64,000 bases of DNA from Carcharhinus amblyrhynchos. Its lineage: Eukaryota. The stretch spans positions 620,001 through 684,000 of the forward strand of contig OZ336877.1 of NCBI GenBank assembly GCA_965287045.1, in the 5' to 3' direction. A program made the position numbers and the translations under genes. The notes beneath the pieces were generated by a model that was not told where the DNA came from, ran no database searches, and saw nothing but the letters and a program-made list of their open reading frames with translations. Positions 35,746 through 48,559 of this stretch are shown piece by piece; position 1 is the first letter of the stretch; the number at the start of each line of letters is the position of its first letter.

Positions 35746-36800
35746 ACTGGGTGCAGACGTTGCCCATGTCAATGCTATTCCAGCAGCTCTGTGTCTCACC
35801 GTCACACTCTCAACACCTTCAACTTGTATATTTGGAGAGGCCCTTTAAATGTGGAGTTGAAATGATATTGTACACGTTGTGGTCACACACTGACACTAAT
35901 TGGATAGGAAATTGTGAAAGAAATTAATAATGAAGTGCTTCAGTTAAAAAGCTACTGGCAGACATACCACAATCTCTTCGAGGTTTCTCGTGTACAAACA
36001 GCCCCGATGCCACCGTCACCCCACTGCGCCCCTCCCCCTCCACCCCCCCACACCGACACCCCTGTTCCTAACAGACCGACACAATTAAAATCCAACCTCT
36101 AAGTTCGTCAGTTGCTTTTCAATCCATTTCCTTTGTTTGCAGCCTAATTTCAGAGGAGCTGAGATAAGATATTGAGTTCTGTTTGATGTGCGAGTCAGTT
36201 TATTAAAACAAACATTTTTTTTCCACCTTCAAGATTTGTCATCTCTGAATTGAGCTTGCAAAGCTCAAATAATATCATGTTGATCTCATATTTTAATCTC
36301 GATCAATAATAAATCGATGTTCTGATAGCATTACTCTCCAACTGAAGAAAGGTATTATGAGCCTATATCATTTGATGGAATGTAAATTTTTGCCTGCAAT
36401 TTTCAATGGCTATCTGTTGATCTATTTTAGTCTCAATGAGAAAACACCATCAGTGTATTATACTCTCCTGTGTGCTTCTTAAAAATCTTATTCTTCGGCA
36501 GGTTTCTGTTGGAGTATAAAAAGTAACCCGGGGGAGCTAAATTGTATAGTTGCTGAAAATGGGCATGGGGATGGCAATGCATAATGATTAACAGGCAGAT
36601 TTCCAGCCAACTTTGTGCTGCCAACTCATTAGAATGATTTCTGCAGGCAGCCAGCACTAACTGCACACATCAACAAACTCTTCAAATTGTAATTTCTGAG
36701 CACTGCTTAAAGCTAAACCATACCTCTTCAAATAGGGGCATGTTGTGGCTGATGCTAGAAGTTAAGCACAAATTGAATCTGTCCTTGGAAATGGTGAGAA

Positions 36801-37035
36801 ATGGCACAAAACGTGAGAGAGTGGGTTCCAAAGTCTTTAGACTCGATGCTGGAGATCTTGTTGGAGGATATGGAAAGGCCGAGATGTCGTCGGGACCCAG
36901 AAATCTCTCCAGACACACGATCAAAAGGCAGTGGGGGCAGTCAAGTGTGAATGTGAACAGCAGAACTCAAGCCTCATTGACCTGCACGCAGTGTCCCAAG
37001 AAGTTCAAGGATCTCACAAGTAGTCCAGGTCAGTG
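36801..37035 (+). pseudogene. Harbinger Myb/SANT-like first-exon relic
   Basis: MAQNVREWVPKSLDSMLEILLEDMERPR, then SRHTIKRQWGQ...LTCTQCPKKFKDLT, followed by a cag/gtcagt donor-like site. Confidence 0.7.
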
Positions 37036-37449
37036 AATCCTGCCAGCTGCACCACTAGCCTCAGCCGTTGCTTAATTTGCCAAGCACTGCTGCTGATCAG
37101 AAATGCAGAAACAGTTGTATGTGCACACTCTGGCAGCCTGTGGCCACCAGTTCATGGGCAACTGGTTCTGACATCAACGGCATTTAACTAAAGGGGCAGT
37201 TGCATCAACAGAAGCACCATATAACCCACACAGAGCACCGATTAATTTACCACAATCCATCATAAAACAGACAACGAGGATAAGCAAATTAAATGAGTTA
37301 CTGAAATGCTATTTTTGCCTCAACATGGTATGTTTTGTACAAGGTACAAGTGGACCAACCTGCCCTCGGCTATTCTCTGGCAAAAAAGGAATGAAATGCC
37401 CTGGCTTGTGATGTCCACACCCTTTGAATGAGTAATAGATAATTTAAAA

Positions 37450-37850
37450 AGTTAGCTGTCTCTCAATACAGAGACCTCAGTAACCTCTCCTACCCAACAG
37501 TGGATGGCAAACTGTGAGATGAGACAAGTAGCTGCACTTTCATTTTGAGAGGATCCAGAGCCATAAAATCCCATTGGCGAGATTGCCTTTAAAGTTACCA
37601 GTAACGTGGTGCTGTACTTCCCCTCCTCTGGAATTACACTCATGGCCACAGCAGTGACGGCTGTCACTGAGGCTTTTTTATTGAAGTGGAAATGTCTTAT
37701 CCATTGTTTCTCACTCAGATTCAGGCAGGAGAATTGGTCCCTGCACATACTTATTGGAAATGACCTCCTGCTGAGAGTCGTGGCCCCCCTCACCCTTTGT
37801 CCGTCATCTAACACCTGCTCCATGCAGCCTCTGCTCATGATTTCAGCCAA
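37450..37850 (-). pseudogene. PIF/Harbinger transposase N-terminal relic
   Basis: RDQFSCLNLSEKQWIRHFHFNKK...FYGSGSSQ...CLISQFAIHCWVGEVTE resembles the HARBI1-like N-terminus (FYASGSFQ...ISQ..V..CI.EVT). Confidence 0.8.
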
Positions 37851-39464
37851 ATGGAAATGATTACTCCGTTACTACTGAATGCAAAAACATTGAGGCCTTT
37901 CGCATCTTCTCCGCTGCTCCAGACTTTTACAGATTGAAACAACTAGCAAACTAACAAACGTTTGTAGCAACAACCAGACATAATATAGCAACAACTAAGC
38001 CATAAATAGCTCATGATTCCTTTAAATAAAATTGGTATTATTGGTTTGGATACGTGCAAATTTTAGTTAGGTTTTTGTGAGCACCCTCGCTAAAATGATA
38101 GATATCGTTTTGAAACTCCATAGATGAATGTGGCACGAGACAACTGCATTCGATTTAGCATCTATAGAATTTGATCAGATTTTGGTGTCTTCCTCAACCT
38201 TGTACTGAATCAGTGCTGCTGCTATCTCTAGAAATCTAATGTAGGCTGATGTACAATATTGTGAATTCCACAAGACAGCCTCATTTACATTAATTATAAG
38301 ACAGCACATTATCACAAATCACAAAAGCAGCTCTGGGCTCAGAACAATTTTTAAAACAATTATAAATGAGCAGATAATCTGGGAATTGAAAGAATTGTGA
38401 GGATTTGCCAAATGTAGAGTTTTGAAGGGTGATTAGTGCATTGAAATGTATGCGTTCCTTTACCTTTGATGTCAAAGCTAGAACACAACACAGATTAATG
38501 AGATTAAAGATTTCCCACTGAAGTGAATTTGGACAATCCTCATCCAGTTCCCAAATAGTAATGTACCCGTGCAAGAAAAAAAACTTTTATTTCCACATCC
38601 ATTTGTGTTGAACCAGTAATCCCAATCGCAGGAACCACACCAGTAAAGATTTGGGGTGAGAATGTAACTGTGGGTACATTGAAACAATAAGGCCTGGACT
38701 TTCACAGACTTGTGGAGATACCATTGTTATTGGACAACAAATTTGACGAAATTGGGCACACAAAATGGAAGCAGACTAAAGCTATCCTCAGAGCCTCTCC
38801 ACTAAAATCACAAAGTAACATACACCGATCAGGAGGCAAGAGCATGCTTTTAGAGTGCAAATGAGGGCTAGCACATAAGGGAAGCTGGACAGGATGGCAC
38901 CGACAGGAACTAAATCCCCACCCCATCAAAACCAGCACCGTTAAAACAGTCAAACAACCCATGGAGGCCCCTAAAATTAGCATCGTTAAGGAAACATTCC
39001 TGGCCCCTCAAAACCTCTTTTGAGATCAATGACACACCTATGGTTCAAACCCCTAGAGATTCCAGCCCATTGATAACCAACCAGACAAAAACAATTAACA
39101 CACACTTCAAACAATTGTTCCCACACTCGAAAACATCGAAACAGGACGGCTGAAGTCAAATACTGTAAATAAAGGATTAGCATTTGAAACGCAAAGTTCA
39201 GGTATAACTGTAGCCCGTTGCGGGGGATTCTTTAGTGCACTTTCGGGACAGTCCGATTGTACGTCCTGACTGCACCTCCGTCAACGTAAAAGAACATAAA
39301 GCTGTGCCGTTATTGAACTACACCCTGAGTCCGTAGTGGTCGTTTCACCCACTCGCGCTAACACTGTGGCTTACCCAAAATGGCAGGTGGACGCAAGATC
39401 TGGGTGAGTTACTCCCCTTTCTGACAGATCCTATTTTCACCAGGGTCGGGACACAGGGATGGAA

Positions 39465-40496
39465 TGTGACTCTTACATGTCAGAAACCCAAACTCAGCAG
39501 GGCCTTTTCCAGAAATGTGAAATTAATTTGTTCCGGACAGGTGCTAAGAATTCTATTTCCTGGTGGAGTACAATAGTGTGATCGGCCACGCTTTCTCATC
39601 CCGTCGTTCAGTCGGTATCGTGGCAGAGATCACCAGACTGCCTGCATAGAGATGGTGGAATGAAAACCCAAAGATGGGACCTGTGGTTACTGGGTGTGTT
39701 GTAAGGTTGCTGATGAGGATTGGGGAAGCAAAAGTATTGCTGCTGTTAAGCTTCAGGTAATGAGGGCCAGGAGAAGGTCTAGTGAGCCAAGGGAACGTGG
39801 AAGGTTTCTAGATCAGTGTTGGAAAGCGATATAGCTCAGGATAAGCCCTTAAAGCCGTTTATAGCTTGTTTTACCTGGAAAACTGGAGTGCAGAGAAACC
39901 CAGGAGCAATGCCAGCTTAGTGAAGTGAGCAGTCTGCTAACACCTAAAATTGTGCCAGTAACCAGATGCTGGGATGCAGTTTTGCAAATCCTGTGGAAGG
40001 TAGTCTCGGAAGAAGAGATTGAACTATCTGGAGGTTTATTTTTATTGAGGCATCCCACATTAGAGCAGCTTTTGCGGGAATTCGGAGGCTAAATCTTCAA
40101 AAGTGGAACTTCCAATCTCCCAGAATAGAAATATATTTTAATGAGATTGTGTAAAACACCTTGGACGCTGATATCAGTGTAAGGTGCTCAGAAACCCTTG
40201 GGATCTGTCTTACTGTGTAGTTTTGTATCTTCAACTGCAGTTTGTGTGTTAATTCATGTTTACCTTGTTAATTCTTAACATTAGAACATAAGGTAGTTAT
40301 TGTAAATTGTTTTACTTTTCTGAATTTTTAAAGTTAATTTGTTTGGTTATAAATGTGGAACCACGTGGCTTTATTCTCTTACCAAATACCTGCAACTTAG
40401 ACTTTGTCTACTTCAAACAAAAATTTACTAACTGTATGAAAAACAATCGCTTCAACTCACTGCTGAGTTCCAACAGATCCCATTTTTACTACAACA
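39465..40496 (+). mobile_element. Candidate solo LTR (about 1 kb)
   Basis: TGTGAC...TACAACA termini flanked by ggaa and ggac (4-bp TSD with one mismatch), with a T-rich U5-like 3' half. Confidence 0.45.
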
Positions 40497-41094
40497 GGAC
40501 TTCATCCTATGATGTGTGAGTTTTGATTTTCAGAATAGCCGTAAAGGTTCATAAAGGTTGGATAAGTATGAAACTGTCAAGATGTCAAGTGATTTAAATA
40601 ACTAGTAATTTAAAAATTGATTTGACTACCCGTCTGCATCTTTAAGTTGAAAAAAATCGGCTTTGCTTCTCCAATAGGTCTTTGTTAACATAAATATAAG
40701 TGCTAACTCTCTAATTTTATCAAATCATGAATGTTTTTCACAACCTATCATTATCACAGTGGGGGCTGTAAATTTACAATCTGATTGACAGTTTAAAGAG
40801 CTTCTTAAAGGATTGGCTGGCTTGATGTGAATTATGAATATAAATGTTTATTTTATAAGAGATTGAGTATTTGAGGGGATTTCAATGTACTGAATAAGTT
40901 CTCATGAATGAGTGCTCTTTTCATTAGTGAAGTCTGTAATAAAACTTGTTATTTCATCCCATCATGGCTGCTGAGGTCTGCCCATGGTAAATACTGGGGA
41001 ATTGACTTTGAGGAAGTAAGGAGGGCACGAGTTGTATAAGTTAGCACTGAGTGGGTATAGGGGCGACAGAGGTCATGGGTTAGCGTGAGGTGGT

Positions 41095-41856
41095 ATTTTG
41101 ACCAATCGGCAAAACTAGCCATTTCACACTGCTCCTATGCAGTAGCAACACAAGGGGTATTCTCCACAAACGTGACGCTGCTGTCAAATCAAAAGTATAT
41201 TATGCCAATCACACAGATGAGTATTGTGTATTTGAATCCGGTGCGGTGCGATGTTAGTTATGTAGGTTGTATGTCCCAGTGACGTGTCGATCATATCAAA
41301 TAGCACGTCCCTTCCACTGTTCAGGCAAAGTACTGACTATGCTCGACCAGCCTGAGCTTGCAAAACTCACAACCTAATGTCTGGCATTAGATGTAATTCT
41401 CTGATTGGGTAACGCTTGCTAAACAATCTTGATGGTGTTAAAAAATTTGCTGACAATCGAGTTAAGATTATTAGTTGGGTTCGCTGTATAGGTCACTTAC
41501 GTGTGCCAGAAGCTACATATATTCATACACAGGATCCTGTCCTTTATGAGCAGAAAGAGCGTGCCCACACATTATGCCTTTTTTTCAATTAAACAATACT
41601 TGGTGAACAGCCATTCCCTGGTTTATTCCCCAAAGCAATGCCACGAACAATCAAATTGACCTGTTGAGTTTGAATTTAAACAAAAGCTTGTTAGTCAAAT
41701 ATTTCCTGGTGTATCCTGCATAACGACACCTCGACCTATTAGAGGCCAATCAATCAGCTCTCTCTTCTCATGCGGTGTAAATCGTTGTTCCTCTTCGATT
41801 TGGTATTCTTGCAAATTTGTCTCGATGAGCCCAAGACGAGAAGCTGTGACAGCATG
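41095..41856 (+). mobile_element. Penelope-like element 3' part (GIY-YIG region and hammerhead-like terminus)
   Basis: PITQMSIVYLNPVRCDVSYVGCMSQ resembles VVY.F.C.CD..YVG.TSQRL, followed by LLNN...FADNRVKIISWVR. Terminal tgtc-tcgatga-gcccaagac-gaga-agct-gt-gaca. Confidence 0.8.
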
Positions 41857-41985
41857 GTTGGGATTTGTATGGCCTCGCTCATCCCCAAACCACAAAGTCC
41901 CACCTGACGTCAATGGACCTTCCCACGGTCGGCCCCTGGCCCAATCCGATTCCTGACGTGGGCAGGGTGGTAAAATTCTGGTCCG
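41857..41985. mobile_element. MITE-like element of the 13229 family
   Basis: Ends ggttgggattt and ggtaaaattctggtcc, with a shared internal ctcatccccaaa...ccgattcc. Confidence 0.7.
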
Positions 41986-42494
41986 TGTCACTTATTTTCA
42001 GCAATATTATGACATTTCAATTAATCACGCCAGCTATACTCATGTTTCTTTAATTGAATTTAACAATTCTTGATGTTGAATTGATCCAAATCGTGGAAAT
42101 TGTTACAATTTGATATTTCTGTGTTGTAACCATGAGTTTAATGATTATACACCAATAGAAGATTTAATAATTTCACAGTCACAAACAAAGAGAACAATAT
42201 CAAATCAGACAATTGTCTACATTCTGATTTCTCCCTTTCAAACATGATATTCAGCACCAACTTAGTAACTTTCTTAGTTGAATATAAATTTCCCGAACGT
42301 ATTTACTGGTGCCTACGTACTGTCAACCATAAATTTTATCTTACATTCCTGGAACAAACAGACCTCCCACTTATCTATTTTACAAAGAAAGAACAACTTA
42401 CGTTTATAAAATACCTCCCACAACCTTAGATATCCAAAATGCCTCACAACCAATAAATCATTTCTTAAAGTACTGTTGCTGTAGGAGTTTTTTT

Positions 42495-43512
42495 GAAATA
42501 TAATCTATCACAGGATGTGGAAATAGCGAGAAAGACAGCATTTCTTTCATATCCCTGGTTATCTTTGAACTGAGTGACCATTTCAGAGGGCAGTTAGTAT
42601 GGGTCTGGGGTTACGGGTAGGCCAACCTAGGTAAAGATACCAGAACAATAGGGAGTGGGAGAGCTTGATCTTGGGTTCGGACGTAGCTCGGCACAACATC
42701 GAAGGCCGAAGGGCCTGTGCTGTTCTATCACCTTCCCGAAAGGACATTAGTGAACAAGATGGGTTTTTACAACAATCAATGATAGTTACATTGTCAACGT
42801 TACTGAGACTTGCTTTATATTTGAGAATTGTTATTCATTGAATTTAAATTCCACCAACTGGCATTGTGGGATTTGAGCACATGCCCCCAGAGCATTATAG
42901 AGTCATCGAGGTTGACAGTGTGGAAACAGGCCCTTGGGTCCAATTTGTCAAAGCCACCCTTTTTTTTTGAAACAACTAAGTTGGTCCCAATTTCCCACAT
43001 TTGGTCCGTATCCCTGAAAACCCATCTTACCGATGTAACTGTCTAAACACACTTTAAAAGACAGAATTTTACCCACCTCTACTACTACCTCTCACAGCTC
43101 GTTCCAGACATTCACCTCTCTGTGTGAAAAAAATTGCCCCTCTAAACCCTTCTGTATCTCTCCCCTCTCACCTTAAACCTATGCCCTCTAATTTTATACT
43201 CTCCTACCTTTGGGAAAAAGTATTAACTATTTAGCTGATCTGTGCCCCTCATTATTTTATAGACCTCTATAAGATCACCCCTAAGCCTCCTATGCTCCAG
43301 GGAAGACAGACCCAGACAATTCAGCCTCTCCTTATAATTCAAACTATCAAGTTCCAGTAGCATTCTATTAAATCTCTCTGGACTCTTTCTAGTTTAATAA
43401 TATCCTTTCAATAATAGGGCGGTCAGAGCTGTACACGGTATTCCAAGTGTGGCCTTACCATGAGCCTGAACCTCTAGATTTCTGGTCCAGTAACATTACC
43501 ACCATCACTCCA
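42495..43512 (-). mobile_element. tRNA-derived SINE with LINE-like tail, split by CR1 pieces
   Basis: Head (reverse complement ggtggtaatgttactggaccag) at about 43460-43512 continues at about 42895 (taatgctctggggg...caaatcccacaatgccag). Same family as 62185-62315. Confidence 0.7.
42897..43460 (-). mobile_element. CR1 3' fragment; a separate plus-strand CR1 tail lies at about 42645-42728
   Basis: acctctataagatcacccct and gtacacggtattccaagtgtggcc are CR1 RT C-terminus in reverse. The 42645-42728 piece matches 10130-10215. Confidence 0.8.
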
Positions 43513-45214
43513 CAATGTTGGAAACACAGTAGGAAATTGGTACACAATAAGTTCCCAACAAATAGTGATATAATGGTCACACAATCTGATTCCTTTGTGA
43601 TGAGGGTTGAGAGATAATGATTGGACAGGCAATCAGGAAACGATGATTTGTTCTTCTTCAAAAGAATGCTGTGGGTTTTTTTGAGAGCACCTCAGAGAGC
43701 AGACAGGGTCTCATCTCAAAGGTCACATGTGTGATCGTGGTGCACTTACTGAGTACCGTACTGAACGTTAAAATTCCATCACCCATTAATTGTTAATAGC
43801 CCATTTAAATTGATGTTTTTCAAGAGAGAAAAACTAAATCCATAAAAGCAAGGATAGATTGGATAAACGCCTGATTGGAGAAGACAAACTTATATTGTGT
43901 AAGAGTTAAACAAATACAGATACTATAAATAATATGCTAGAGATGACGTGTATTATGAGGAAAGATTGGTACGAGGATGTGTGGAAGATGGATAGCAGTG
44001 GTAAGAGATTAGCTAACGTAATTAGTGATCCCTGAACTCACAGATATTCCCCATATATTCCAGTTGGTTATAATGACCCATATTAGCCGGCAGTTGTTCT
44101 GGTCCTACTTTCACTGATAAGATACAGTCACAGTGAAGAGGATTCAGCAGGACTGTGCCAGAAGGATCTGAGCTTCCTTGAGCTCAAGAGATAGAATATA
44201 GTTAAATCTGACATTAAACAAATGTTCTCATTTTGAAACAATGATAGCTCCAGTATCTTGTCGACAAACTTTGGCAAATATGAATAATTTTTAGCTGTTA
44301 GGTCAAAAGTTAATGTAATTACTTTTGTGAAATAAGAAATGAATCCCAAAATGCCTAACATTGTGTAAACCAAATGTGTTTCTCATTCACGCCTCAGAAA
44401 AATCTTTTTCAGATTTTTTACTGTGTAGCACAATTGTTCATCTCTTTTGAAACACATTATTCTAAGGTAATTTACTATGGTTTGTCTCCGTGTGTTTTTT
44501 CAAGGTGACATATGCTCACAGATAGCATTTATCCCCCAGAAGCTGCAGAGAAATGAGTTCAGGCACATTTCCCCTTTACGCATTGGAAAATATTGTGTGC
44601 AAGCATTGTGGCAGTTGTGTCCGATTGCCCTTCCTACAGTAATTATGGATGATAGCAATACGTGTGCCCTTGGCAGCTGGGTGAACTTGTTTTTTCTCTG
44701 CACTGTCCTGGTTGCCAGCCCCCACCATCTGTCTGTCATTGTTGCTTTTTCACAAGCCAGCTGTAAATACCATGCAGTGTTGTCATGTTGTACAGGATGC
44801 AACATCGAACTAAGTATTCACAGGCCTTCCTCGCATGCTCATCATCTGCCATCTGTGAAATTTAAGCAAGAATTCTCTGGCTACACATTGCACTTTATTT
44901 GCTTCGCTTTTGAGGACTCGGATTTGGACATGAGTTTAATAAACTTTGTCATCTGAAAAGCAGAGACAAATAAACCAACGACATTGCTTTCTGCTGACTG
45001 ACGTTTTGTAGCTAGTTATATCGGTATTTGTATCTGTAATCCACTTGACAAGGCCGGAATTTGTGAAGCAAATTAACTAACGGGTAATAGAAGGTAAATT
45101 GATGGACACTTCCATTCATGGCAATATTCTGGAAAACAGACAGTACAGGCACATCTCCAGAAAGAGAACTTCTTTCTGTTGAATCAATAATACAGGACAA
45201 ATTCAAATTAGCAA

Positions 45215-45365
45215 CATTACTCCAGAGTCAGAAGATCATGGATTCAAAATCCACTCAAAACAGAAGTTGTAATCTTGGCTGAAGATTACACTCTGAAGGA
45301 GTGTTACACTGTCAGAGGTGATAGCTTCACATGACATGTTGTACTGATGCAAAGGGCTGTATTTT
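45215..45365 (+). mobile_element. Decayed SacSINE1-like 5' head
   Basis: gagtcagaagatcatggattcaaaatccactc...gaaggagtgttacactgtcagaggtg resembles the tRNA-derived head of the same family. Confidence 0.55.
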
Positions 45366-45396
45366 ACTGACCTCACATCACCACCTCCACCCCCCC

Positions 45397-45400
<4 letters not shown>

Positions 45401-45427
<27 letters not shown>

Positions 45428-45428
45428 T
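45401..45428. repeat. (CA)n microsatellite
   Basis: Perfect CA run. Confidence 0.95.
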
Positions 45429-46027
45429 ACGGGCAGTGACTCTCCGATTGCGACACGCACCTTTTCTTGCCGGTCGCAGTGGGAGACACATGTCTGCGAC
45501 CTTGAAGAAGGATTTATGCATTCACCGGGAATGCAGGCACATCTCCCAGAGCCGGTGAACAGTCACCAGGCAGACCACACTGGAAAGCGGCAGGAAAGTG
45601 ATTTCAATCTTTGTTACGTGTATTTTAAATATGTATACATGTTCATTATCAGGACCTTTCAGGGGTTTCGATTGAATCTCCCACCTCTCCAGAAGTACTT
45701 CATTCTGGCACAGACTAGAATAGCTCCCCACATTCCGGGAACTTGCAGGAGACTGGAATGAAAGAGGGGCAATCGGGACCCCACAAGGTGTTGGGTGGTG
45801 GGGGGAGGTTCCCCCTGGACATGATACCCTGGCAGTGCCAGCCTGTACCCCCTGCCACTGCTCAAGGGGCAAAGTGCCTCTGCCCAGGGGACAACTTTGC
45901 ATCGCCCATCAAGCGTCGGGCAGTGCCAAGAGGACAGGACCTATTGTGGGTGGGGTCTAGGGGTGATCGGTGGGGATGGGGGGAGGTCTACTGGCAGGAT
46001 GGGCTGGGATGGAGGGAGGGCAGCGAT

Positions 46028-46895
46028 TTTCCTCCAGCTTGATTTTTAAGTTTGCTGATGACCTCATTGCAGTGGGTCAGATCTCAAACAAATGTTGATA
46101 CAGAGTATAGGAATGAGATAGAGAATCTGGTGAATTGGTGCGGCAACAATAATCTCTCCCTCAATATCAAAAAAATGAAAGAGATTGTCATCGATTTCAG
46201 GAAGGGTAGAGGAGAACGTGTCCCTGTCTACCTCAATGGGGGCCAAGTAGAAAGACGAAGTTGAGAGCGTCATTTTATTAAGTGTCCAGAACACCAACAA
46301 TCTGTCCTGGTTCCCCCCCCCATGATGACACTATAGTTCAGAAAGCCCACCAACGCCTCTACTTTCTCAGAAGATGAAGGAAATTTGGCACGTCAGCTAC
46401 GACCCTCAGCAACATTTACAGATTACCAGAAAAAGCAGTTTTTCTGGTTGTATTACAGCTTAGAACGGCTCCTGCTCTGCCCAAGACCACAAAAAATTCT
46501 GAAAGGTCGTGAACGTAGCCCAATCCATCGCTCGAACCAGACTCCCGTCCATTGACTCTGTCTACACTTCCCACTGCCTCGGAAAGACAGCCGGTATCAT
46601 TAAGGACCGCACACACCCCGGACATTCTCCCTTCCACCTTCTTATGTCGGGAAAACGATACAAAGGTTGAGGTCACGTATCAAACAACTTAAGATCAGCT
46701 TCTTCCCTGCTGCCGTCAGACTTTTGAACGGACCTACCTCGCATTAAGTTGATCTTTCGCTACACTATAACTATGACTGTAACACTATACTCTGCAGTCT
46801 TTTGTTTCCTTCTCTATGAACGGTATGCTGTGTAGCATGCAAGAAACGATACTTTTCACTGTATGTGACAATAATAAATCAAATCAAATTAAATC
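46028..46895 (+). mobile_element. Rex1/Babar-like LINE RT C-terminus and 3' tail
   Basis: KFADD, EYRNEIENLVNWCGNNNLSLNIKKMKEIVIDFRK and KAHQRLYFLRR, ending gtgacaataataaatcaaatcaaa. Confidence 0.9.
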
Positions 46896-47495
46896 AGTTG
46901 AGGATCTGGATGACTAACCCCCCCATTGGGCCTGCTAAATCCTGTCAGTGGTCTGCTTAATTGCCTCATCCTGTTTCCACCACTTTTTACCCTTTCTAAT
47001 GGAGGCCTGCACCAAGAAGGTGGCTCAGAGGCTTTCACAGTGTTAGTTGATGCTGGGCAAGAGTGAGGTGAAATTTCCTTTGTGGGTCTCTTGTGCCCAG
47101 AGGTGACTCCTGCAAAGTCTTAGCCTTCACTCCTTTAACCCTCAGCCCTCGACCTTCAAACCCAGCCCCAACCTTCCCACCTCTCCTGCCATTCTGATGA
47201 CAATTCAGACTAACCTGAAATCTCATCTCCATAACCCCTTCTTGACCCGAGAGTCCCAGCAGTGGCCCGAACGTGAATCAGGTGCTTGCAATCAGATTGG
47301 TGGGAAGCCCTCGGAAACAAGATTTATTCTGCAGGACGTCTAACCCTGAGCCAATTAACGATCTGCCAAGGGTAAAGTGGCAACTGGCATTTGGTGGGCA
47401 CTCTCAATGGACATTTTAGTCGAGGGGTGGTGGGGAATACAGAACCCATAAATACCAACCCCAAGTCTGTCCAATCAGCTGGAATGAAAGGATTT

Positions 47496-48240
47496 CTAAG
47501 TACACTGTAGATTATTTAACAAATGTTGTCCAATCACAAAATCACATCTAATGTTGGACACTGTGTTTTGAGTTTTGCAAGCAAGGGCTGGTGGGGTACA
47601 GTCTGTATGTTTCCTGTTGAAAACAACACAAGGGGTATGTTTGATACAATCTGCCAGTCTTTGGGATCCTTGGTCTACGATGTTAGGTATGTAGGCCATA
47701 CATCCCAAAGACCGGTGGATCTTATCAAACAACGTGTCCCTTCTGCTGTTTGCAATGAGCAAGGTGCAGGTTGTACCGAACTAGTCCGTGCCTGCAAAAC
47801 TCACATCTCATTCTGCATTGAGACAATTTTTGCTGAATAATCCTCAGTTTGCTAAAATTATGCTGACAGCTAATTGGTGCATTTCTCTGTACTCAAAGTC
47901 ACATATATTAATACACAGAGTACATGTTCACACATTGTACCTGTTTCAAATAAACAAATCAAATGACTGCCATTCACTGATACATTCCTCACGCCAATTC
48001 CTTGGTCAACTAGGATCAATCTTCCTGGTTTAAATTTCAAACAATGCTTGTAAGTTAACTGTCAGTCACCGTCAACTGGTGCATATGCCACGACAATGCT
48101 TTACCAATTAGAGTCCACTTGCCAATCAATCAGCATACCGCTCTGATACAATATAAATTTGTTTTTTCCTCAAGTTGGTATTCTTCTGAATTGCTCTGAT
48201 GAATGCAAGACAGCAAGATTCAACAAAATAATGTCTCTTC
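47496..48240 (+). mobile_element. Penelope-like element 3' part with an inverted GIY-YIG segment at its 5' side
   Basis: Plus strand from about 47678: DVRYVGHTSQRPVDLIKQRVP...ACKT. Minus strand 47496-47670: SQRLADCIKH...ACKTQNTVSNIRCDFVIGQHLLNNLQC. ctgatga at 48196. Same family as 41095-41856. Confidence 0.85.
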
Positions 48241-48559
48241 TGTGAAACTGATGTGTCAGAGTCATCTGCAAAACTAATAGAGCATTTGGAAAATCTGAGG
48301 GAAGATGCTACTCTTTTCATTATAAGCAACAGGGTGTCAACCAACTGAGTTAGCCTCCTGTGCTTGACTGACTATCCACAATTAGACAATCCAAAAGTGA
48401 TGCAGAGATGTAATGTATTCATTTTATCACCTGATAAAATATTATCATTTTATGTTTATTTTCATAACAACTTAATAATGCATCTCAAATGAGTACGATT
48501 GCAAAGTTGTTATTTATGCATCTGACGGATAATTCCAATAACATAAAATACTTGTTACT

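Larger units (their letters stand above)
42385..43770 (-). mobile_element. SacSINE1-like DeuSINE split into tail (42385-42486) and body (43525-43770)
   Basis: Tail aacttacgtttataaaatacct...aaccaataaatcatt. Body gagggttgagagataa...ttcttcttcaaaagaatgctgtggg...gcagacagggtctcatc resembles the Deu-domain SINE in reverse. Confidence 0.65.

Noticed and set aside
38490-39365. Additional LTR or ERV pieces
   Set aside because: The composition is LTR-like, but there are no definable termini or coding motifs.
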